NCBI GenBank assembly: GCA_963840855.1
Contig: CAWJBB010000085.1
Span: 64,001-128,000 of the forward strand
Direction of reading: 5' to 3'
DNA from: an uncultured delta proteobacterium
GTDB taxonomy: Bacteria; Desulfobacterota; Binatia; UBA9968
Length of the DNA: 64,000 bases
In this document: one piece after another, positions 21,966 to 32,700 of the stretch
Layout: every line of letters starts with the position of its first letter
Position numbering within the stretch: the first letter of the stretch is position 1
The notes under the pieces: model-generated
The model's input: only the letters and a program-made list of their open reading frames with translations
Told to the model about the DNA's origin: nothing
Databases searched by the model: none
Program-made: the position numbers and the translations under genes

Positions 21966-23048
21966 ATGGATACATGCCGCGCAGCTGTGATAACCGAGCA
22001 CAATAAACCATTGACGATTCAGCAGGTGCCGATCCCAAAATTGGATCCCGGTTCGCTGCTCGTTAAAATCACCGCTTCGACGCTTTGCGGCACCGACGTG
22101 CACCGCTGGCATGGACCGCTGAGCGATGGCGACACATTACCGATCATTACCGGCCACGAGCCCTGCGGCGTTGTCGAAGAGATCGCCGGCGAGCGGACGG
22201 ATATCTTGGGCAATCCCGTAAAGCGCGGCGACCGGGTTGTCTGGAGCTACGTCGCCTGCGGCACCTGTTACTATTGCGCGGTTGCGCTGCAACCTTGCAT
22301 CTGCCCCGGCCGCGCTTCATGGGGGCACAACCGCGCCGATCAGCATCCCTATCTCTTGGGTAGCTGCGCGGAGTACATGTACGTGCCCAAGGAATGCCTC
22401 ATCATCAAAGTTCCGGAAGAAGTCTCATCCGCTTCGGCGGCCGCCTCCGCCTGCGCCTACCGAACCGTCATGCATGGCTTCGACCGGTTGGGCGCGATCA
22501 AGAGTCACGAGACGGTCGTCGTTCAAGGCAGCGGTCCGCTCGGCAACTTCGCCACGGCGGTGGCCAGAGATCACGGCGCCAAAAAAGTCCTGGTGATCGG
22601 CGCTCCAGCCAACCGCTTGGCAGTCACCGCGCGCATGGGCGCCGACGCCGTGCTCAATCTCGAAGAAGTGACTGATGAGAAACAGCGGCGCCAGTGGGTG
22701 CGCGACCACACCGAAGGGCGCGGCGCGGACATCGTGATTCAGGTCGCCAATAATTTGGCGGTGCCCGAAGGGCTCGCGTTGCTGCGCGGCGGCGGCCGTT
22801 ATTTGAATATCGGCGCCGGTGGCAAGGCAGTTATCGCCGTGGAGCGGATACCGCAAGAGATGCTTTTTATCACAGTGCGTTCGGCGGAACCGCGCCACTG
22901 GCTGCAGGCCATCGACTTTTTGGCGTCGCGCAAGAAGACCTTTCCCTTCGAGGAGATGATCAGCAGAAGTTACAAGCTGGAACAGATCAACGAAGCAATG
23001 GCGGCGATGGCGAGTTATCAGGTGGTAAAAGCGGTCATTAACTTCTAG
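21966..23048 (+). CDS. Zinc-dependent alcohol dehydrogenase (MDR family)
   Basis: CGTDVH, GHEPCG, CGTCYYC, GSGPLG. Confidence 0.9.
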   Translation: MDTCRAAVITEHNKPLTIQQVPIPKLDPGSLLVKITASTLCGTDVHRWHGPLSDGDTLPIITGHEPCGVVEEIAGERTDILGNPVKRGDRVVWSYVACGTCYYCAVALQPCICPGRASWGHNRADQHPYLLGSCAEYMYVPKECLIIKVPEEVSSASAAASACAYRTVMHGFDRLGAIKSHETVVVQGSGPLGNFATAVARDHGAKKVLVIGAPANRLAVTARMGADAVLNLEEVTDEKQRRQWVRDHTEGRGADIVIQVANNLAVPEGLALLRGGGRYLNIGAGGKAVIAVERIPQEMLFITVRSAEPRHWLQAIDFLASRKKTFPFEEMISRSYKLEQINEAMAAMASYQVVKAVINF

Positions 23049-23176
23049 CGACGCGGCAAATTATTGTGAAGCACTAAGGGACTGATTCGGCCCATTTGCC
23101 CGCAAATGCATCGTTCCTCGACTCGAACATTTTAAAGTCTGGAACGATTTGAGCCAACCGAGCCACAGCTTGGAAT

Positions 23177-24217
23177 TCATTTCTCCAGCAGGGGTTTTAG
23201 CCGTTCCATGACTTCCGAGGGCACGGTGCCTAACTCGCGGCCCAGAGCTTCTACTTCCTCCCCGGTCATAATACTTGGTTCCAAACCTTTCTTTTTCGCC
23301 TCTGCGATAAAATCCCGGTCATTCATCATCTTCACGAAACCTTCGCGAAGGATTTTGAGACGATCTGCGGGGATTCCCGGCGGGCCAAAGAACGGGCGGC
23401 CCATCTCGTCAGGGAGAACCAGTATCTTAGCCAACCTTCTATACAGGTCGCTAATCTTGTGCTTGTCGAATAGCTCCCAAATCGTCGGAACATCGGGCAG
23501 GTTCGGGTGGCGCGTTTGTCCGCCTTGAGTGAGCACGCGGACAAAACCCGTCTTGGCCCAAGTCCGCCCCGGTTCACTGCCAAAATAGGCTTGCACACTA
23601 CCGCACCAACACTGCATTTCTCCCTTTTCGATGGCTAGATTGGCATCGGCGGCGCCTTGATAACCGGGCACCGTGGTTAACTTGAGACCGAACACTTCCT
23701 GAAGGAACCGGGGAAAATAATAAGCGGCGGTGCCAAGACCCGTAGCGCCGCATTTGGGTGGTTCCACCGCATTACGCAAATCCTCCAACGTTTTATACGG
23801 AGTGTCAGCGCGAATATAAAAAAGTCGGTCGGTCTTTTCCGGCGAACCGATCCAGCTAAACTTGAACCATTCAAATTGGGCTTCCTTTTGCCCTGAGAGC
23901 TGCAAAACATAAATTCCCGGACTGACGATGCCTAGCGTTAACCCGTCCGGTTTGGCGACGCTGTAGACATAGTTAGCCGCGATCATCGAACCGCCGCCGG
24001 TCATGTTTTGCACCACCAGGGTGGGGTTGCCGGGAATATATTTCCCCATGTACTGAGCGATGAGACGCCCCCACACATCGAAAGCGCCGCCCGCGGTGAA
24101 TCCGACACGGATGTTGATCGTTTTGCCCTGGTAGTAAGGCGTCTGCGCGACCAGCGGAGAACCAGTCGTCAGGCCAAGAAAAAAAACCAGCAGCATCGTT
24201 TTCATGTAAATTATCAC
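23177..24217 (-). CDS. Bug/TctC-family substrate-binding protein
   Basis: YYQGKTI..VGFTAGG, VQNMTGGG, LPDVPT. Confidence 0.85.
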   Translation of the reverse strand: MIIYMKTMLLVFFLGLTTGSPLVAQTPYYQGKTINIRVGFTAGGAFDVWGRLIAQYMGKYIPGNPTLVVQNMTGGGSMIAANYVYSVAKPDGLTLGIVSPGIYVLQLSGQKEAQFEWFKFSWIGSPEKTDRLFYIRADTPYKTLEDLRNAVEPPKCGATGLGTAAYYFPRFLQEVFGLKLTTVPGYQGAADANLAIEKGEMQCWCGSVQAYFGSEPGRTWAKTGFVRVLTQGGQTRHPNLPDVPTIWELFDKHKISDLYRRLAKILVLPDEMGRPFFGPPGIPADRLKILREGFVKMMNDRDFIAEAKKKGLEPSIMTGEEVEALGRELGTVPSEVMERLKPLLEK

Positions 24218-24984
24218 TTAGCCCCCTGCGCCGGCGCATAGTTGCCGCTCAGCAAGATGCCGCCGCTCGGCACTGTATTTTCGATCTTCAAGATATGATA
24301 GGTCAACCACATTTCGGCGGCCAACGCCCACACGACTTTAATTTTCAGATCGCGTTCAAGGAATTCGATCGCCGGCGCCGCGTCCCAACCACCGCCGTTG
24401 ATGTACACCGCGTCCACCGCCGGCATGGTCGCCAAAGCCCGTTTGCAGTGGCGGTACACATCCATATGCGACACTTCATCCAGAGCCAGAAGCGAAGTCG
24501 TATAAAGCCCCGAACTCTCGCCGGACATGCTCAGGCCCGGCATTAGTTCCGACTGCAAGCTGAAGCGCGAGAAATAGTTCACAATGGCTTGATTTAGTTC
24601 GTTGCCGTAATAGGTCGCCACCGCCACTTTCCGCGCTCCGAGGGTCTGCAATGCGATGGCGTGGGGTTCCATCGGCGTCACCACCGGCAGACCGATCTTC
24701 GCCGACAGATCCGCCGCCCACTGCCGTTCATAATCTAGGCCCTTGAGCAAAAACGGCGGCGTCCCGCTCACCGAGATAATGTCGCAACCGACTTCCTTCA
24801 GTTGCACGGCCAGGGCTTCGGCCTTTTTAAATCCTTCGAGAAAACTTTCCCGCTTCTCGCTGCGAAAGCCGATAAACGTTGGCACGATCTCAACGCCTTC
24901 CGGCGCATGCTTGTACCAGTAGGCAAAGGATTTGCCGCGATGGGTCGGCTTGATCAAACCGATACGGGCGCGCCATGCAACCAT
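24214..24984 (-). CDS. Asp/Glu racemase / maleate isomerase family protein
   Basis: RARIGLIKP, LGARKVAVATYY, IEFLERDL. Confidence 0.7.
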   Translation of the reverse strand: MVAWRARIGLIKPTHRGKSFAYWYKHAPEGVEIVPTFIGFRSEKRESFLEGFKKAEALAVQLKEVGCDIISVSGTPPFLLKGLDYERQWAADLSAKIGLPVVTPMEPHAIALQTLGARKVAVATYYGNELNQAIVNYFSRFSLQSELMPGLSMSGESSGLYTTSLLALDEVSHMDVYRHCKRALATMPAVDAVYINGGGWDAAPAIEFLERDLKIKVVWALAAEMWLTYHILKIENTVPSGGILLSGNYAPAQGAK

Positions 24985-25146
24985 TCTGGATCCCTCCCCC
25001 TTTGCTCGGCACCATCGCGATAGAGGAAAAACATGCGCAACGGCCGGCTCATGATTCGCCGCTACCACCTGAACAGGCAGATGTCAAAGGCAAACTGAGG
25101 CGTTAAAATATTCAGTAGTTTGGAACGTTAGAAATTCGCGATCCGC

Positions 25147-25192
25147 GTCTCCGGCACCCTGAGTCCGAGTTCGATTCTCGGCGGGCACACCA
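25147..25192 (+). tRNA. 3' half of tRNA-Arg(CCG), probable att-site duplication
   Basis: Anticodon loop CTCCGGC, 3' stem ACCCT, T-arm CCGAG-TTCGATT-CTCGG, acceptor strand CGGGCAC-A-CCA; 5' half absent. Confidence 0.85.
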
Positions 25193-25420
25193 GCCTGATT
25201 CTACTAAACAATCCGCCAATCAGCGGCAGCCAAAAAAGACGTGGGTGTCCAAAAGACACACTTAGCCACGGCAAAACGCACTTAAGTGCATTCCCAGTCC
25301 TCGTTGTGATTTGCCGTTTTTCGCCGACCGTGACCGCGAAGTTGACGCGAGCGTATGGCATGGTGTAGCCTAACGGTGTTAGATATTCTAACTTTCTAAC
25401 CGATAGGAGATCGCACATAC

Positions 25421-25684
25421 ATGGCCCTTGTCAAAGTCAAAGAGAAGTACCAGGTTACCCTTCCAATCGCTCTGCGGGAAAAGGCCGGTTTAGAAGTAGG
25501 AGACCTCTTGGAAGCTGAAATGCAGGGAAAAAAGATTACTCTCACTCCGAAGACCACCCTCGACCGCGAGTTGGCACAGGCGCTTAAGGAAATCGACGAG
25601 GGAAAAGCCCATGGTCCTTTCAAGACCGCGGAAGCAGCTATCCGGTTTCTCCATCGCCGCGCAAAAAAGTTTAAGAAGTCTTAG
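25421..25684 (+). CDS. AbrB/MazE/SpoVT-family antitoxin
   Basis: KYQVTLP..LREKAGLEVGD; overlaps the downstream toxin. Confidence 0.85.
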   Translation: MALVKVKEKYQVTLPIALREKAGLEVGDLLEAEMQGKKITLTPKTTLDRELAQALKEIDEGKAHGPFKTAEAAIRFLHRRAKKFKKS

Positions 25685-25929
25685 TGAACGTCCGGCTGAC
25701 TCCACAATTCGAAAGGAGTTATGCGAGTGCTCCTTTACACGTTCAGAAGCTCTTTGATCGCAAATTAGCTCTTTTAGTTCAAAATCTTCGCCATCCTTCC
25801 TTGCGGGCCAAAAAATACGATGAAGCACGCGATATCTGGCAAGCCCGCGTCGATAGGGTGTGGCGTTTCTATTTTCAAATCAGGGGCGATACCTATTATC
25901 TCCTTAACATCACACCGCACCCCAAATAA
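25684..25929 (+). CDS. RelE/ParE-superfamily toxin
   Basis: 81 aa basic protein, HPSLRAKK, WQARVD..WRFYF, C-terminal PHPK. Confidence 0.75.
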   Translation: MNVRLTPQFERSYASAPLHVQKLFDRKLALLVQNLRHPSLRAKKYDEARDIWQARVDRVWRFYFQIRGDTYYLLNITPHPK

Positions 25930-26325
25930 ACATAAAACTTCCTGATAGCGATGTCCCGTTTTGGACCCCGGCGGGATTGCTGACAATTGTGAGCCAGAAA
26001 AACTCTGCTAGAATATTTGGTTCCCCTTTCAGTAGGAGGTGGTCCAGGGTAATCGCATCAAATACCCTGTTCAATCCTACCAAGGAATAGACAGCCCTTG
26101 CTCCAGTCTGCGTCTCTATAGAGCTTTACAGTCTAAATAGCCGGTAGTAACGTGGCGCTGTCGGGTTTGTTCAACGCGCATATCCTCAATGCCACTCATC
26201 GATCTTAGTCGAAACCTTCCTGCTCGTACGCATCAGGATAAAACGCTATACATTAGGTCTACGTGAGATTATTTCATTTGGGCGTCTTCCCTCACGTCGT
26301 GGGACTTTTTTCGAGGAGAAAGCAT

Positions 26326-27958
26326 ATGAGTCGTTCGCCATCTTTTAGAAACCTTGCTCGTGCAATCAGGATCGCCTGCTATTGCGAAGAGAACAACATC
26401 TCGACGAGTGAGGGTCTGCAGCAAGCAGCCGCCCTTGAGGCCGGCGCGGCTGCCCGGCGTATCAATAGGCGTGAGTTCCTCGCAAACATGAGCAAACTAG
26501 CCGTGGTCGGCGGAATTGGGTCAGTCGCCTGGCCGCTGCGCCACACTTTGGCGGCTCAGCAGCTAGGTCCGGGCGTGAGGGTTGCGATCGTGGGGGCTGG
26601 TTTGGCGGGCCTCGCCTGCGGGGACGAGCTCAAAAACAACGGTATTCACGCAACGCTGTACGATGCAAGCAATCGAGTCGGCGGCCGCTGCTTCTCGCTC
26701 GGCGGCTTCTTCCCCGGCCAAGTTGCCGAGCGCGGCGGCGAGTTCATTGACAACCTGCATAAGACCCTGCTCGGGTACGCCAAGCAATTCAATCTCGCGC
26801 TCGAGGACGTTGAGAAAGAGCCCCCGGGTGAAATCTTTTACTTTTTCAACGGGCAACACTTTCCGGAATCGGCAGTCGTCGATGAATTTCGGGATTTGGT
26901 CGCCGCCATGCGTGACGACCTGCGCACGGTCGGCAAACCGACGGCGGATAGCCACACGGATGCCGATACTAAACTCGACTTTACAAACCTCCGTGAGTAC
27001 CTCGATACTCGTGACGCAGGAAGCATTGTGAGCAAGGCCATCGAAGAAGCCTACATCGCGGAGTATGGGCTCGAGATCGACGAGCAGAGTTGTTTGAGCT
27101 TTGCTCTTCATCCACGCGGATCGGCGATCCAAGTTTCGGCCTTTTGGTGTGTTCAGCGACGAGCGTTATCACATCATTGGGGGGAACGAGCAGATCGTCG
27201 AGGGTCTTCGTAACCGACTTAACGGACAGATCCAACTTGGGATGAGGCTCGTCAAGGCTAGCAAGAATGGTAGTGGGATAAAGCTCACCTTTGAGAACGG
27301 CTTCAGCAAGACGTTCGATGCCGTGGTCTTTGCCATTCCGTTCTCGACACTCCGCGAGGTCGACCTGGATATGAGTCTCGGCCTCCCTCCCTGGAAGCAA
27401 CTCGCCATCAGCGAGCTCCGCTACGGAACCAACGCCAAGATGATGGTCGGTTTCGACAGCCGTCCGTGGCTATCTCAGGGAAGCAACGGCAATTCTTACT
27501 CGGATCTTCCGCATCACCAAACGACGTGGGAGACAAACCCGATAAAGGCCACGGATCTGCACGCGATACTGACGGACTACTCGGGCGGCAAGCGAGGGGC
27601 CAGCCTCGACCTCAACCCCCAACAGGTCCAGACGGAGGCGGAGTCCTTCCTGAGTGACCTCAATCTTGTCTACTCCGGCGCATTGGCCGCGGCCACGGGC
27701 TCCGAGGGTAGTCGTCGTGTCCACCTCGAGCACTGGCCCTCCAACCCGTTCGTGAAGGGGAGTTACACGTGTAACCATCCCGGATACTTCACGACGATCG
27801 CTGACAACGAAGCGAAGCCGGTCGGCAACCTGTACTTCGCGGGCGAGCATACGAGCTCGTTCTACGAGTTTCAGGGCTTTATGGAAGGGGCTGCCCTTTC
27901 AGGTATCCGCGCAGCGCGTGAGATTCTCCACGATATCAAGATCGGCGCCCTGCAGTAA
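26326..27958 (+). CDS. Flavin monoamine oxidase family protein with Tat-like signal, frameshifted near 27100
   Basis: NRREFL, GAGLAGL, RVGGR, ERGGEFID; C-terminal FAGEHT and GFMEGAALSG in the second frame. Confidence 0.8.
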
Positions 27959-28068
27959 ACTTGACCCACAGATCCGTGCGTAGTCGTCTAAGCCTCCTAC
28001 TCTCGAAAGCAAATTAGCCGGGCTTCACGTGCCTACAGGAAAAGGGGATAAGTCCAATTATTATGAAT

Positions 28069-28109
28069 GCCAACCGGTTGGAGTCCGACGTTCACCGAGG
28101 GTGTTAAGC
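28069..28109 (+). other. Internally deleted attC-like remnant
   Basis: GCCAAC..ggagtccgac joined to gttcaccgagggt-GTTAAGC. Confidence 0.35.
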
Positions 28110-28113
28110 TTGT

Positions 28114-28180
28114 AATTGAATTGCTTTCTTCCTGCGACTCGATGCTGTGAGACTTGACCGTTGCGTCGATCAATTCAATC
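28114..28180 (+). repeat. 66-bp four-arm element, full copy (67 bp)
   Basis: AATTGAATTGCT-TTCTTC-CTGCGACTCGATG-CTGTGA-GACTTGACCGTT-GCGTCG-ATCAATTCAATC. Confidence 0.85.
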
Positions 28181-28367
28181 TCAGGCCGATTTTAGCTTTT
28201 TTCCCTCGACGAATCTGGTTACTCTCTTCCGTAAATAACACTTTTCTCAGCTTCTCTGTTCGTGATAAGTAGCTTCAAGAGCCGAGGGATATTCCCTTAT
28301 CGTTTAAGTGCTACTCCGCAACAACGATATCGGTTGTTGCTTTTATTTCTGTGGCCAGGACGCAGTA

Positions 28368-29204
28368 ATGACTGACAAAAGTATTGATAAGCGTGAAGAG
28401 AGCCTGCGAGTATTCAGCCAGACTGCCAAAATCTATGACCGGATCGGTCCACAAATTTTCTCTTATTTTGGTCAATGCTTGGTCGATCTTGCCGACCTGG
28501 ATTCGGGCGATAAAGTGCTCGACGTAGCCGCTGGCAGAGGCGCGTTGTTGTTTCCAGTAGCCGCAAGGGTCGGACCTACTGGCCATGTGACCGCTATCGA
28601 CTTTTCTCCGGACATGGTACGCGAAACAGCTAAAGACATCGAGAGTCGGAAACTAAGCCACGCTGAAATCCGTCATATGGACGCTGAACAAATGAATTTA
28701 CCAGATGCGTCGTTCGATTGGGTCATGTGCGGCTTTGCCCTTTGGATGTTCGCTGAACCCGCGCGCGTTCTCCAGGAGTTTTACCGTGTGCTCAAGCGCG
28801 GAGGACGGGTAGCTCTCAGCACCTGGGCCGCTGATAATCCGTCTCAAACTTGGTGTAATGAGGTGCTTAGACCCTTTGTGTATGCGCCGGCGGCAAAAGA
28901 ACTCCCTGCGAAATTCGATTGCCGGTTCGACACGCCGTTGCAGTTAGAAACGGCGCTGCGACGGGCAGGCTTCGCGGATACGCGAATCTCAGTTGAAGAA
29001 AAAGATTTCGTGTACGCCGATGAGGAACAGTATTGGTCGTCCCTCTGGTCGGCTGGTTTCCGGCGCCAACTCGAAAAGATTACTCCGGATTTCCTCGAAC
29101 AAGCCAAAAACGAAGTGTTTCAAAAACTTCAAAAGTTCAAGAAGCCCAATGGATTTCACAAACTGAATCGCGCTTTATTCGCCTTCGGTACGAAGCCAGC
29201 GTAA
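28368..29204 (+). CDS. Class I SAM-dependent methyltransferase
   Basis: LDVAAGRG, MDAEQM, FDWVMCGF, VLKRGGR. Confidence 0.88.
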   Translation: MTDKSIDKREESLRVFSQTAKIYDRIGPQIFSYFGQCLVDLADLDSGDKVLDVAAGRGALLFPVAARVGPTGHVTAIDFSPDMVRETAKDIESRKLSHAEIRHMDAEQMNLPDASFDWVMCGFALWMFAEPARVLQEFYRVLKRGGRVALSTWAADNPSQTWCNEVLRPFVYAPAAKELPAKFDCRFDTPLQLETALRRAGFADTRISVEEKDFVYADEEQYWSSLWSAGFRRQLEKITPDFLEQAKNEVFQKLQKFKKPNGFHKLNRALFAFGTKPA

Positions 29205-29380
29205 TAAGCGTCGCACCTTTTAATGTGAAGTGATCGGCAATGACCGAAATTCCGGATCTCTCGATTTCGGGAGAGGCGCAGCGGGAATTGGGAATTAAAC
29301 AAGTTTACGGTAGTTTCAAACTACAAACATTAGCCAATCAAGCGGACAGAGTGATTAAAATAACCACGCCGTGACACCGG

Positions 29381-29446
29381 GATTGAACTGAATTCTCCTA
29401 CGACCTAATCCTACAAGACGTGACTGAGGCGTCGTTCAGTTCAATC
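29381..29446 (+). repeat. 66-bp four-arm element, full copy
   Basis: GATTGAACTGAA-TTCTCC-TACGACCTAATC-CTACAA-GACGTGACTGAG-GCGTCG-TTCAGTTCAATC. Confidence 0.92.
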
Positions 29447-29743
29447 CTACGCAAAATTTCCTCGATTCTCAGAGCTAGGCGAGGGTTTCGCTCGTCGTGA
29501 GTCGCGATTATTTGGGCCGGCGAGCCGCGTTTTCTCCGTCGTACAGATCCTGTGAGGTTCACCCGTCAGACAGCCGTTTCTGCTTTACCCGACGCTTTAG
29601 GCCAACGAGCTAATTTCCCCGTTGACGCCACCAACCACTTGAAGTAAAGGTCAGCTCAGCCACTGGGCGAACTATCTACCAAAGTTTACTGCGATCGCTG
29701 GTATGGTAAGTTCGCCCTGCGCAAATCACTATCTCGGTCATTT

Positions 29744-32700
29744 ATGGCGTCCACCACCAAAAAGGACACTACGAAATCACAGGCAAAGCCGCGACCGCCG
29801 GCGGTGAAAAAGTCTCGGCCTAAACAAGCGCCAAACGCTCAGTTATTGCGACGCGCGCTCGCCGAGTCGCTCGAACGGGAAGCGGCGACCAGTGACATTC
29901 TTCGCATGATCGCCAGCTCGCCGGCGGACCTTCAATCGGTGCTCGATGCGATCGCCGAGCGAGCTGCCAGACTCTGTGACGCGGAAGATGCTGCGATCTT
30001 TCGGCTTGATGGCAACTTTTTGCGTCTGGTTGCACACTTCGGCCCCATTCCTATAGCAGGTGTTGTGGGCGAGAGCGGCCGCGTTCTGGATCGCGGCACG
30101 CCCGCTGGTAGAGCAATCATTGACCGGCAGACGATACATGTCCATGACCTTCGAGCCGCCGACGCTGAATTTCCGGAAGCTAAGGCCCGTGGAATCGCAA
30201 TGGGCCTCCGTACGGTACTCGACACACCGTTACTCCGTGAAGGTGTTGCCATCGGTGCTATTCATATTCGTCGACGAGAAGTCCGCCCGTTTTCGGACAG
30301 GCAGACCAAGCTACTTGAGACCTTCGCCGATCAAGCGGTCATCGCCATCGAGAACGTGCGGCTATTTAATGAGCTTAAGGAATCCCTGGAGCAGCAGACT
30401 GCGACGAGTGAGATCTTGGGCGTCATTGCCAGTTCGCCGACCGATATTCAGCCCGTTTTGGACACCGTGGCGGAGAATGCTGCGCGGCTGTGTGAGGCTA
30501 GCGATGCACAAATTCTTCGGGTCGAGGGTGATATTCTTCGGCTCGCGGCCTCATACGGCTCCCTGCCAACCAGTCAGACACGGCCCATCAACCGCCAGGT
30601 AGCAAGCGGCCGCGCCGTGATCGACCGGCAAACGATTCATGTCCATGACATCGCCTTAGCCGAAGACGAATTTCCGGTCACTAGGGATCGAGGAATACCA
30701 AGAGGCATTCGTACCTTCCTCGTCACGCCCCTACTGTGTAAGGGCGACCCGATCGGGGCCATTGTGATTCGCCGCACTGAGGTCCGTCCCTTCTCAGAAA
30801 AGCAGATTGCACTTCTCAAAACCTTTGCGGATCAAGCGGTCATCGCCATCGAGAACGTAAGGTTGTTCAAAGAATTGCAAGAGCGCAATGTCGAACTGCG
30901 CGAAGCCCTGGAGCATCAGACGGCCACTTCCGAGGTGCTCGCCATCATCAGCCGATCGCCAACTGACGTGCAGCCGGTGCTCGACGCGATTGTCGAGAGC
31001 GCCGCCCGGGTTTGCGGGATTGATGATGTGGTGCTGCGACTCCGTAAGGGGGACAGTCTGGTTTCGCGGGCTCATATTGGTCCCATACCCGTACTCGAGC
31101 GCCGTGAAGAGATCAGTATTGATACGCCACAGTTTCGCTGGCTGCGTGAGCATGGCGCACTTCACGTTCCCGACGTCGACACGCAGAGGAATGAGTTCCC
31201 AACCCTTGCTGTCATCGCGCGCACCATTTTAATCGTTCCCCTTCGTCAGCATGGAGAAATAATTGGAACTCTGATCGCGCGCCGCATCGAGGTGGGTCCT
31301 TTCACCCCGGCGCAAATCAAACTTCTTGAGACCTTCGCTGATCAAGCGGTCATCGCGATTGAGAACGTACGGCTGTTCAACGAACTCAAGGAGTCACTGG
31401 AGCAGCAGACTGCCACGAGTGAAATCTTGGGCGTCATTGCCAGTTCTCCGACCGACATCCAGCCGGTGCTGGATGCCGTGGCGGCAAATGCGGCCCGACT
31501 CTGTGAGGCAGCCGACGCCCAGATTGTTCGCGTCGAAGGGAATCGGTATCGGCACGTGGCTTCACATGGGTCAATTCCTGTCCCCGAGACGAATGAACTT
31601 ATACCCCTCATGCGCGGTCGGGTTCCGGGTCGAGCGATCATTGATCGGCAAACCATTCATATACATGACGTTGCAGCAGAGTCAGAGAACGATCTCGCAG
31701 CTCCTTTCGCCAGAAGTGTCGGCGTTCGCACGGTACTTGGCACCCCATTGCTGCGAGAGGGAATTCCGATCGGGGCTATTTTAATTCGCCGCCTCGAGGT
31801 GCGCCCGTTCTCAGAAAAACAGATTAAATTACTGGAGACCTTCGCCGACCAGGCGGTCATCGCCATCGAGAACGTGCGGTTGTTCCAGGAACTGCAGGAG
31901 CGCAACGCAGAATTGCGCGAGGCCCTGGAGCATCAGACGGCAACGGCCGAGGTGCTCGGCATCATCAGCCGCTCGCCGACGGACGTGCAGCCGGTGCTCG
32001 ACGCCATCGTCGAGAGCGCGGCTCGGGTTTGTGGGATTGATGACGTGGTGCTGCGACTCCGCGAGGGAAGCGCTACGATTCCGCGTGCTCATTTTGGTCC
32101 CATACCCGTTGGCCACGTGAGGTCTATTGATGAGCCACAGTATCGCTGGATGCGTGAGCATGGCACACTCCACATTCCAGACGTCCGCGCGCAAAACGAT
32201 TTCCCGACGATGGGTTCTCCCAGCGGCGCGCTCACCTTTTTACTCGTTCCCCTTCGTCAGCAGGGAGAACTTATTGGGGTACTAGCTGCGCGTCGCACCG
32301 AAGTGCGTCCCTTCACGCCGACCCAGATCAAGCTTCTTGAAACCTTCGCTGACCAAGCGGTCATCGCTATCGAGAACGTGCGACTGTTCCAAGAACTCAA
32401 GGAATCTTTGGAGCAGCAAACGGCGACGAGTGAAATCTTGGGTGTCATCGCCAGTTCGCCGACGGATGTCCAGCCGGTACTGGACAATGTTGCCAAGAAT
32501 GCGGCCCGACTCTGTGAAGCAACGGACGCGCAGATTCGACTCGTGGACGGTACTGGAATACGATTAGTGGCATCCTTCGGAACTCTTGCAGCACCGGAAT
32601 CTAGGCCCATCACAGCAACCAGTATCTCCGGCCGAGCGATTCTTAGCCGAGAGACAGTGCACGTTCACGATATAGTAGAAGCTAAGAACGAATTTCCCGA

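Noticed and set aside
25116-25192. Complete tRNA-Arg gene
   Set aside because: Upstream bases cannot form the acceptor 5' strand (expected GTGCCCG), D-arm or anticodon stem.
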